From Myxococcota bacterium (lineage in GTDB: Bacteria > Myxococcota_A > SURF-8 > G963663525), in contig CAXXVK010000010.1 in the NCBI GenBank assembly GCA_963676915.2, positions 32,001-96,000 of the forward strand: a DNA stretch of 64,000 nt, written 5' to 3'. The notes under the pieces were generated by a model that was not told where the DNA came from, ran no database searches, and was given only the letters and a program-made list of their open reading frames with translations. Below, piece by piece: positions 1 to 9,807 of this stretch (position 1 is the first letter of the stretch; each line of letters starts with the position of its first letter). Made by a program: the position numbers and the translations under genes.

Positions 1-2385
1 ATCGTCCCAGTTGGTTTCACGTACGCTTTCGAATTCTTTGATATAGCGTTGGACATCCTCTTCCGCCGCATCGGCTTCGGGAGGTTGTGGAAGATCACGA
101 AACAGGTCCATGGCGATTCGCTTGCGCAACGCCTGCAACATGTCCGGTTCCACATCGAGCAGCCGCCCGTACAGCTTGTAGGCTCTCACTGCGTCACCAT
201 CGCGTTCGGCCTGATACGCCAACTCCAGCGAAAGTTTCAAAAACGCCTTTTTCGCGTTCACATGCATCGGATGACGTACGGGATAGCGTTTGATCAAACG
301 CTCGTAGGCGTCCAAAGCACGAGCATAATATGTGTTGGATTCGTTGTAGCGTCCTTCACCACGAAGCGTTTCGGCTAAATCGATGGCATATTTTCCAGCC
401 TTCAACGACGCCACGGAGGCTTCGGGTTCGACATCGGCGAACCGCTCGAACACACTGCGAACGCTAGTAGCCGCCGCCTCGATTTTTCCTTCGGCCTCGA
501 ACAGTTCGCTCATTCGCAACAACGCCAGCGACACAAACAAAGGTTTGTCGTCGTGGCGGTCGATCCAGGTTCTCAGTCGGGCTAGCTGTTCGCTCGAATC
601 GGCGTTATAGGCGTTCGCGTCGAGCAGTTCGGCCACGGCCTCGCGGTGGAGATCGTCCTGCCCGGGCCAGCGGTTGAACACGGAAAGGAAGTATTCGGCC
701 AGAGGTCGCCGCACGGGAAAGACTTCATTCAACTCGCCCAGACGAATGTAGGCTTTTTCTTTGACCCATGTGTCGGAAAATTCATTAAACGCCGTTTGAT
801 AGAATTGCCGCGCTTCAGGCAACTCGGACAACAGACGTTTCAGGTCGCCTTGCCGGATGCGATAATAGCCCTTCCCTTTTTCGGTGGACAATAGCGTTTG
901 AACCGCTTCGAGGCGACGCTCGGCTTTTTCCACATCGACAGCTTGCAGTCGGATACCCGTGGCGACCGTGCGCGCCCGAATGGCGAACGCAGGCGATACG
1001 GCGCGATCCACAAGCGCGAAATCCTTATAAAAGCCGGTCGCTTGCGGTTTGTCGATCAAAGCCGTGAGTACATCCTGCTGCTTTTCGAATTCCCCAAGCT
1101 TTTCGTACAACACCCCGGCTTCGTACAGACCTTTCACGACCGTATCGTCGGCAGGAAACGCCGCCAGGGCTTGCAGTGCATACACGCGCCCGTAATCGTC
1201 TTCGAAATAGGAAGCCTGCTCGTATTGAGCCTTGGCATTCGCCGCCTGGGACAACAGCCCTTCGGGCGGAATCAGCCAGACATCGAAATCGGCTCCTTGC
1301 CCGGTGGAATACACCACACCCGCCGCGTGAGTTTGCACGAATACGTTGACTCCGCTGTCGGGTGTGAGCTGCACGGCGGTCTGCATGATGGCATCGGGCG
1401 ATTTTTTCTTGAAACTTCGGGTTGCAATCGACCAGATAGACCCTTCCGCGTCGGCTTCCAGGGCGCGTTCGGGACGTCCCTGATGAAAACGAGTGAAATA
1501 CAAGGTTTCGCCGTCCGGGCTGAATGCCGGAAAACCGCAAGGGTATCCGCCGGTTGTCACGGTGCGAATTTTTCCGTAACCGATCGGCTTTTTCTCGTCA
1601 TCGAGATCGCGCAGTTTTTCGAAGCTTTTTTCCGTTCCGTCCATATCGAAAGGATAACGGATGTCCATCACGGCAATCTGCGCCTGCCGTCCTTCACGGA
1701 ATACGGTGAACGCAAGCCGCGAACCGTCGGGAGAAATCGCCGGATGCGTCGCATTGAGGCGTGACCAGTCGGTGACGGGAAATTGAGCGATATCGTCGTA
1801 TTTGTTTTTTTTATCTTCGATCCGATTCAGATCAAGCCGAACGATGCGGCTTCGTTTCTCGTCGGCCTGAACGTAATAGATGAAGCGCCCTTCGGGTGAA
1901 AATACAGGATACAGGTCGGCGTAGGTCCGTGCGGTCAACTGATCCTCGTCGGAATCGACTTCCGCGTCTCCACCGCGCCACAGGTACAAATCACCTTTGA
2001 CGTCATCGCGCATCGACACGAACACCAGCGTTTCGCCGTCCGGCGACCAGGCAGGCATCCGATCGGCGGCGCTGTGCTCGGTGATCTGCTCGATACTGCC
2101 AGTAGACAAATCCCGCAGCCAGATATCGAAATTATCTTTCTGGTTGCCCGAATACGCCAGCAGATTACCCGAAGGCGAAAGCCTGCCGTAAAGCTCCTGC
2201 GTGGAATAATCGGTCAGTTTTACCGGCTGCGTTACCTTGCCTCGTTCGTCTTTTAAAACGAACATCGGCAGCAACTCTTCCGGGATGTATTCGCCTCCGC
2301 CTCGCGAACGCTTGGCGCAGCCGTCGATTCCGATTGAAATCAACAGCAAAAGCAGGAAAAGGACCAGGGTGCGGCGCCGAACCAT
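1..2385 (-). CDS. TolB-like (PD40/WD40-like) beta-propeller + TPR-like lipoprotein, 3' end runs off the window
   Basis: Manual translation from ATG 2385 (RBS GAAGGAGG) gives MVRRRTLVLFLLLLLISIGIDGC (signal/lipobox-like), then PD40-type repeats (GRLSPSGNLLAYSG..DNFDIW, MPAWSPDGETLVFVSMRDDVKGDLYLW) and helical TPR-like segments (GLYEAGVLYEKLGEFEK). The frame is open to base 1; it is absent from the ORF track because no stop lies inside the window. Confidence 0.8.
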   Translation of the reverse strand, partial: MVRRRTLVLFLLLLLISIGIDGCAKRSRGGGEYIPEELLPMFVLKDERGKVTQPVKLTDYSTQELYGRLSPSGNLLAYSGNQKDNFDIWLRDLSTGSIEQITEHSAADRMPAWSPDGETLVFVSMRDDVKGDLYLWRGGDAEVDSDEDQLTARTYADLYPVFSPEGRFIYYVQADEKRSRIVRLDLNRIEDKKNKYDDIAQFPVTDWSRLNATHPAISPDGSRLAFTVFREGRQAQIAVMDIRYPFDMDGTEKSFEKLRDLDDEKKPIGYGKIRTVTTGGYPCGFPAFSPDGETLYFTRFHQGRPERALEADAEGSIWSIATRSFKKKSPDAIMQTAVQLTPDSGVNVFVQTHAAGVVYSTGQGADFDVWLIPPEGLLSQAANAKAQYEQASYFEDDYGRVYALQALAAFPADDTVVKGLYEAGVLYEKLGEFEKQQDVLTALIDKPQATGFYKDFALVDRAVSPAFAIRARTVATGIRLQAVDVEKAERRLEAVQTLLSTEKGKGYYRIRQGDLKRLLSELPEARQFYQTAFNEFSDTWVKEKAYIRLGELNEVFPVRRPLAEYFLSVFNRWPGQDDLHREAVAELLDANAYNADSSEQLARLRTWIDRHDDKPLFVSLALLRMSELFEAEGKIEAAATSVRSVFERFADVEPEASVASLKAGKYAIDLAETLRGEGRYNESNTYYARALDAYERLIKRYPVRHPMHVNAKKAFLKLSLELAYQAERDGDAVRAYKLYGRLLDVEPDMLQALRKRIAMDLFRDLPQPPEADAAEEDVQRYIKEFESVRETNWDD

Positions 2386-2450
2386 CGGTTTGCCTCCTTC
2401 ACGTATCGTCAACCGTCCATGGCGGACAGAGGTCTGAATACTAAAAAACA

Positions 2451-3020
2451 TCAGGGTTGTTCGAGCGGCTTGGGAATCCAGCCTTCTTCTTCATCCTCGA
2501 TCAAATCGCCTTCCCGGCAATCGGCCTGATTAAGCTCGCCAAGCATCGTCCGCACGGTCTTCAGGTCATTGTCATCGAGTCCCTCGTGCATATCGATTAC
2601 ACGGCGCATGATGATTTCACGATCCCGGTTTTCTTCGTCGATCGTTTTTCGAATGCGCTTTTCCAACTCATTGTCCGAACGGGTTTCGGTGCTCGGGAAG
2701 AAACGCAACAGGCCGTTCAATCCTTCGCCCGCATTCTTGCTTCGCTTGTATTCCTCGATGTCGTCCCGACGGAACTGGCGGTTCATCACCGCCATCAAGG
2801 CTTCACGATGGGCGGGACTCAACTCGCCTTCGGCCGCGCCTTTCGAACGCACCGACGACACCATGATCAGGTCTTTTTCGAGTTGCTCGAATTCACCCAG
2901 AATCTGGCGTTCGAGTTGGGTTTTCTGGCTGACCACCTGGGGCCGGATCGACATGCAGCCGAAATCCGTCCATGCGGTGAACAGCATCAACACGGGAATT
3001 ACGATTCGTACAAAACGCAT
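2451..3020 (-). CDS. DUF1318 / YdbL-like putative lipoprotein
   Basis: ORF 2451..3029, with a better start at ATG 3020 after AAGGAG. Hydrophobic N-terminus ending in GC; AGEGLNGLL...IDEENRDRE motif typical of YdbL/DUF1318. Confidence 0.7.
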   Translation of the reverse strand: MRFVRIVIPVLMLFTAWTDFGCMSIRPQVVSQKTQLERQILGEFEQLEKDLIMVSSVRSKGAAEGELSPAHREALMAVMNRQFRRDDIEEYKRSKNAGEGLNGLLRFFPSTETRSDNELEKRIRKTIDEENRDREIIMRRVIDMHEGLDDNDLKTVRTMLGELNQADCREGDLIEDEEEGWIPKPLEQP

Positions 3021-3085
3021 GACAGCCACTCCTTGGGCGTACTCCTAAGAGGTTCACTCGGTAAATTACCGAAAACATTTCGAAA

Positions 3086-6000
3086 TTACATGGGTCGGGC
3101 ATCTCCCGATTGCGCTCGTTCGTCCGGCGTCGGTCCGATTTCTACGGTCGTTACCGGTTTCGGACGCGGAAACACGGGGTCGAGATACTGATTGAGCACC
3201 GGCACGATATCCAGGTCGTGTACCTTCAGACCTTCCAATACGTTGTCGATAATGGCCTGGATTCCCACAACGCGAAGTTTCAAGGCTTCGTTCAGTTTTC
3301 CGTGACGAATGTTGAGCGAAAGCAACTTGACCTGCGGCTTCCACATCGTCACGTACCAGGCATTGATCAAAGCTCTCTGATCCTGGATGGCATCGTTTTT
3401 CCGTCCCGGATCGATGAACTTCAACAGCTCGTTCAGGTGTTTCAGCGACAATTTCGTAACGTGCACGTCGCCGCTGGTCCAGCGATCTTTCAGTTTGAAA
3501 TCCAGATCAGTGCGCATGGCGATTTCGGTGCTTTCGCTCAGAGGCGGACGTTCCTCGACGGGAATGTCTTTCATTTCCATGGCGCGTTTCGGGTCCAAAG
3601 CGGCCAGGTTGATCCCGCCGATCTGGCTGCGAAGCTGGATGTAGACATCGAGCGGGTCCACGCCGACGATCTGCACCGCCAGATTTCCGCCGATGTCGCC
3701 GTTGAGCAATTGCAGGTAGATGCGGTCGAGTTCGAGCACCCAGTCCGTGTACTTCATATCCACGGCCACCTGATCGACCACCAAGGGCACGTCCACGCGC
3801 CCGGTTTCCTTTTTGTCCTTGACGTAGCGGTAATTCGTGTTGACTTCCACTTTGTCGATGCCGATACCCGAAACCTCCTCGCCGTACGCCCGCATTTCGT
3901 TGACGATGGGACTGGTTTCCTTCTCGAAAATCTGCCGAGACGGAGGCCAGAGAAGATAGGGATTCTTCAACAATTCCGGCATCCTGTTGGGAAGATCCGC
4001 CACGAGTTTGTTGACATACGCAATGTCCGCATGCTGCACGATAGGCACGTTGACGTTCATGTCGGACAAATGCAGGTCGTTGATGGTGTAGACTTTGGTG
4101 CCATCCTCTAGGCTCGGAGCCTGTCCGTGCTGCTCGATCCAGGCATGGAACTTGTCGGCCACGAGTTTTCCGGCGAATTCACCCATCTCCGGCGTAGGAT
4201 TGCGCATCCGTGCCTCGAAACCGATCTTGCCACCCAACTCTACGCTGGTATAGGTGTGATCCTTTTTCGATCCCATCGCGATAATGTGCGCGGCGTCCTG
4301 TTTCTCGGTAACCGGCGGCAACTCGATTCCGGCGAAAAGCTGCATGTCCGACTCGGGAAGCGTGGTCCCCGGATAGACGATGCGACCCGTACGTCCTTTG
4401 AAGGTAAGTTTCGGTCCGTGGGAACGGTTGTGGAACTCCAGGTTGCGAATCTCCACAAAGGCCACGTCGGCGAAAATGTCTTTATCGACGGGAGGATAAC
4501 GAAGCCGGGGAATGGACACGAGGATTTCCATATCAAAGCGGCTGTCCGATATGGGACGGTCGAGCGCATCCGGCTTGGAAATCCACAGACGCCGTTTTTT
4601 CTCGCTGCCTTTAGCGTCGGGATCGTCATTGGGACGGAATCCACCGGTGATTTTGATCCAGCGTGGTTTGCTAGTGGGTACCGGATTGTCGAGACTCAAC
4701 CCTTTCAACCACAACCCGGCGATTTCGATTTTTTCTTCCGAAACGAAATTGCGCAGGTCGAGTTGTTGTTCTTCGATGGACAAATTGCCCAACTTCGTGA
4801 ACGATTGCAACGAAATGGGATAAACCACGCCCTGATCGTCGGCCCGGCGCGCCGGATCGTAGGAAAACCGTACGCGCTCGCGCACGATCTTCGTACGTGT
4901 CCCGGCCGCACCTTTTTCCGGGTTGCGGATGTCGAGCGTCAAACCTTCCTGCGCCAGTCGTACGGCCTCCAAACCGAATTCCAAACCAACGTCGATTCCG
5001 GCGATGTCGAAACGCTGTCCTTTCAAGGCTTGAAGCACAGGTAACCCGAGGGATTGATCGACCGTAACGGCCAGTCCTTCGACGGTCGCCCCGGCTTGTC
5101 CCGCACGAATTTTCTGCACGGTAACGCCGGTTTTCAGATCGAGAGTCGAGGTATTTTCCAGCGGCTTGAACGTAAGTTTCAGTGGCAGTTTCACGCCATT
5201 GACGGCCAGTTCCAAGTCATCTTTGGCAATGCGCTCGATACCCAGGCGCTCGTCAGCGGGGGATTCGAGGGTGATATGGCTCGGCGTACCATATAAATGA
5301 ATTGCGCCATCGAGATTTTTCACCCATAGCGATTGATCGGGAACGCCGACGCTCAGATTATCGAATGCAGGCCGGATATCGAAATTCACCGGCAGGCGAA
5401 ACGCGGCGGGAAGATCGTTCCCTAGCGTCGAAAGCCGCTCTATCGGAGGAAGCGTACCGCTCAGGTGCGTATCCAATCGAATCGCGCCATCGAGTTCGAA
5501 TCCCGGAGGCAGACCGGCTCGTGCGCCGGGGGGGGCCATCGCCAACAGTTTGGGAAGCGATAGCGGTTTCAATTGGACATCCACCTCGAAACCTTTTTCA
5601 CCCATCTGCTTCAAGTTCGCCGTCATGGCGAGTTTCACCGTATCGTTGACATCCACATCCAGCCGCGACAGATCGAAACTCATGGTCGGCAGGTTACCGG
5701 AAACCTCCAGCTCGGTGTGCAACGAGGTTTGGACACGCCCCTGCTCCGGGACATCGTAAGCAACGCGTTTCAGGGCTACATTAACGGTAGCCGCCAGTTC
5801 GGTAGGCTCCATTTCGCTCAACATGACTCCCGCCGCAAGATCCACCATGAGCGATTCCACCTGCGCTCCGAAACCGGCCAAGGAACCCAACCCGACGAAA
5901 CCCTTGAGTTGTACGGTAGGATGCTCGACAGGTTCGGACTTCTTCAGGTTTTTCAAAATCTCCTGGGATTTCAACGCATTCGGTTCCGGCGTGACCCACA

Positions 6001-7339
6001 CGTCCAACTCGGTGTTGATTCCTGCGACCTTGACCTGCAACGGCGGTATCGGCAGATCGATCACCGGCTCCGGCGCACCCTCGGCCAAAGGCTGTTTTTC
6101 GAGGGTTTTTACGTCCACACCAAGCTTTCGAACGTAAACGCGCCCTTCCACCTCAGGCAAAGCCATTTCGGCCAGTTTCGGTACATTTCCCTTGATGACG
6201 AAGTTCTCCAACCCGGCTTCGCCTTCCAACTCCAAACGACTGCCTTCGACCAGCACGGCGCGGGCATACGGCGCAAACGTCGCGAACGGCAACCTCGCCT
6301 TGTCGAGATAGAGTACGAAATCCTGCGTTTCCAAACCTTTCAGATCGGCTCGCAGACTCAGCAATTCCTCTCCGTTGAACGAAGCACTCAGTTTTCCCAA
6401 ACGGGCGTCATCGCTCAACAAATCGGCTCCCGCCTCGCTTTTGGCTTCCAGACGGACCGGCGGCAGATCGAGCGGTCCTTCCAACTTGGTGGAGGCCAGC
6501 AGGAAATCCAGATCGACTTTGGCTTTGGGCTTGTCGAGTTGCTCGCCGACATCCACCGCCACATTAAGATCGGTTTTCAGCTTCAATTCGGCTTCTACCG
6601 GAACCGGCTTGATTTGACTGAAGAAAACGTTCGGCTCGCCTTCCTGCTTGGAGCCGATATCCACGCTGAGATCGAGGTGCGTCTCCGTAAAGCTGAAAAA
6701 TCCCTTCAGGTTCACATCGAGAACCCCGAACGACGCTTTCATGTTACCATCCGAGAACCCTGCTTCAAATCCGGTCAAGGCGATTTTTTCGAGCGTCACT
6801 TTAAGCGCCGGAGGCTCGCCGGGCTGTTCCGGCTCTTTTTCCTCTTCGGGTTCTTCCGGTTTTTCCTCGGAAGGCGGCAGGTTGTCGAGAAGCGCCTGCA
6901 CGCTGGGTTTTTCCTCGATGATTTCGAGATAGACTTTGAGGTCTTCGACCGCGACTTCGCGAACGAGCAGGTTGTCGTCCAGAGCGCTCCACAAATCGTA
7001 ATGAACCGCCAGCCGTTTCAGATTGACGATATCCTCGGAATAGCCTTTGGGCGGTCCCACATGGATATCGTGCAACTCGAAACCGTCGAACAGGTAAAAT
7101 TCGGCATTCCCGATGGTGATGTCTTCATGCTGAAGCATCTCCCTCGCCTGGGGTAACGCCACCTGTTGCAATAAAGCGTTCAACGGTAGAAAAAATCACG
7201 AAAAGCAGCAAAAAAACCACAAGACTCGTCAACAGTCCACCGCCGATCAAAACAAGCTTGATCAGGCGACGGCGCCAGCTTTTCGGCTTTTTTCGTCTTG
7301 GACGATTTCCCGATTGTCTTTCAACGTTTCATCGGCCAC
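3086..7339 (-). CDS. Large AsmA/YdbH/TamB-like inner-membrane-anchored periplasmic bridge protein (N-terminus frameshifted in homopolymers)
   Basis: 1365-aa ORF 3086..7183, rich in amphipathic beta-strands with an AsmA-like start (DGFELHDIHV..LKRLAVHYDLWSAL..VREVAVED). Upstream, GTG 7339 (RBS AGGAG) and a TM helix (WRRRLIKLVLIGGGLLTSLVVFLLLFVI) are joined only by single-base shifts in A/T runs near 7290 and 7195. Confidence 0.65.
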
Positions 7340-9273
7340 GAGTGCACTCCTGATGTCGGTCGTTTTCTCTGCCGTTTAGTAAACGGAACGCGCCAAAGGC
7401 TCCATCCCACGGCTGGAAAAACGGGTACGTCGTCGAATCTATAATGTCTGTCGCCAGGGCGACGGCTTCCAGGGTCGTTTCCCCTTCAAAGGCTTTGCGC
7501 ACACCGTCTTCCCACAACGTGTGGTTTTTCAGCGAACGCAATTGGACCAGCCTTTCGGCACGGCCCGTAATCGTCTGGCAACAGGCTGGGATCGTCGAGA
7601 CGCAGCAACTCGTCGATCACCACCCGCCCCTTGATTTCCTGTTCCACCGCAACGGTCGCATCCCCACACCGCGCCGCCAAACGGCGTTTTCGGTATCGAC
7701 GACCTGCCCGGCTCGTTCCAGCACATAGGGTTCCGGCTGGTAGATTTCCCGGCAAAAAGGGCAGTTTCGCGGAACGAGGCGTTGCGCCTGAACCGCTTTT
7801 ACAGCATTGAATAATACATAAGATTCCACACCCATGTCCAACAATCGATCCACCGCGCCTTCCGTTGTCGCACTGTGGATGGTGGAAAACACCAGTTGCG
7901 CCGTGTGCCCCGCCTGCATCACCAGTTTCGCCAACTCCAAATTGCGAATCTCGCTGATAAGTACGACCTGGGTATCATGACGTAGCAGGTTGGTGAATCC
8001 CTGGGTGTATGTCAATCCTTTCGCAGCGTTGACCTGCCACCTGCGCCACACCGGGAAGCGCATGCTCGATGGGATCTTCCAGCGTAGCAATGGAGGTGCC
8101 GGGTGTGGTCTGGCGAATCCATTTCAACAACGAATACAGCGTCGTGGTTCTTGCCGGAACCGATCGGACCGGACGAGCAATGCAACACACCGTCCCGGCG
8201 CTGGGCCAGTTGCTTCATTTCGTCGAGCGGTCTCTTTGGAAAGCCCCAGTCGATCCAACTCGTATTCCATCGAAACCGTATCCACCACCCCGCATGATCA
8301 CCCGCTCGCCCCAGCAACACGGGAATCGTCGCTACGCGAAACTCGATGGTCCGCCCGTTGGCAACCAGCATAATGCGGCCATCCTGCGCGGCACGGCTTT
8401 CGTAATAGCACGAGATTGGCCAATACTTTCAATACGTTGACAAGCTTCAGATACCGATCAGTGACTGATTTCAGCAAGATGCTGCAATACACCATCGATG
8501 CGAAAACCAAGTGTTGCGGCTTCGTTTTCAGGGTTGAGGTGGATATCGCTGGCATTCCACAACACACCCTGTTCCAGAATGAATTCCACCGTCCTTCGTG
8601 CCGCCATACCGCCTGCCGATAGAAACAGGTGATCGATATGAGCCTGGATATCGCAAAGCTGCACGGGTTGCATCACATCGGGTTTGTAAAACCGGCGTCG
8701 AACCGGAAGCATCGGCAGCGGTCATGGTCTTCGTTTGAGACTAGAACCGGGGTCATGGTTCGGGTTTGGCGTCCCTCCCTGTGATTCACTATCTTTGGTA
8801 TCGGATGGTTTTCGTTGACGGAGCCATTCGAGAATCATCCAGCGCAGCAGCAGCAAAACAAACAGTACTGCCACCCCTCCGAAAAGCCAGAAACGATACT
8901 GCAACAAGAAATTTTTCCAATTTTCGATGTTCATGGATTTCAAATCTACATCGAGAGCTGGAATCGCCGAATGGGAAAGCTTTCTTCGATCTTGTCCATT
9001 TCGTCGTGAACGGACTGCAATTGCATTAAAATGATTTCTGTTTCACTGCTACTGAGGTTGGGTTTGTTCAAGGCGACGTTTAATTGAATTTCCAGTTTTT
9101 TTCAATTGCGCAAGACGCAATTTCATCGTGTTGCGATCACCGGATTCTATGGGTGACATTTCGGGGGAAGAATCCTGAGACTGGGCAAATCCAGACTCTA
9201 AAGGTATCCAGCCCAGTATCCATACCAATAGTAGCACTTTGAATATGAATTGGACCCTTGGGAGTGTGTGCAA
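7329..9273 (-). CDS. GspE/PilB-family secretion ATPase with N-terminal signal peptide and TM helix; disrupted by many single-base indels (sequencing errors or pseudogene)
   Basis: Fragments in order: signal peptide (MHTLPRVQFIFKVLLLVWILGWIPLESGFAQ), TM (FWLFGGVAVLFVLLLLRW), ASDIHLNP..FRIDGVL, QDGRI..EFRVATIP, Walker A GPIGSGK, Asp box TLEDPIE, Walker B LLRHDTQVVLISEIR, His-box region LVFSTIH, AQRLVPRNCPFC..CDRC Zn motif, EDGVRKAFEGETTLEAV. Confidence 0.75.
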
Positions 9274-9414
9274 CCGAAACTCCTACATGGCCGTAGTTTC
9301 AATCGGAAATTCCGGCCCGAACCGTTTTCCGATCTTGAATTCAACCCGGAAAAACCAACGAAGAAGCCTTAAAAATGCGTGGTCCTTTGGAGCCACTTGT
9401 GGAACGCGAAAGCC

Positions 9415-9443
9415 ATGGTAACAAGAGGTGAAAGCCGTGTCAA
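9415..9443 (-). promoter_or_regulatory. sigma70-type promoter for the ATPase-AsmA-DUF1318-TolB operon
   Basis: Minus strand TTGACA (9443-9438), 17-nt spacer, TACCAT (9420-9415), ~140 nt upstream of the TTG start at 9273. Confidence 0.7.
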
Positions 9444-9807
9444 TTTCACAAAAGCGTCAAAAACAAGAAAAAATGAGACAATTCTCAAGGGTTAGACGAC
9501 AAGTCATTTTGTCGGGAATTCCTTGCAAAGAAGTGAAAAATCCACAATAATACGGTTTGTTGTGGTTATTCTGTTTTCGAAAACCGTTTCGGCGTTTGGA
9601 AAATGAACACAATCTTAAGATTCCCAACATCGATTGTTTTCGTAAAATAGAATGCATAAGTTTTCTTTTTCCCATTCGTCGAAAGGAAAGCGCCGCTTTT
9701 CCGCTTTGCGGGCTGTAGCAAGTCCAAAGCCAGGTTGGACGAATTCGAAACCAACAGAAGATTATGAAGTGGCTGTCCATCTCAAGGAGAAGCAGCCGCC
9801 GTAGAAA

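Noticed and set aside
49-2437. Many plus-strand ORFs in the first 2.4 kb
   Set aside because: They overlap the real minus-strand TolB/TPR gene, which the ORF track missed because it has no stop in the window.
8722-8724. In-frame TGA as selenocysteine or readthrough
   Set aside because: It lies in a linker within an indel-rich zone, is not at a Cys-equivalent position, and has no evident SECIS.
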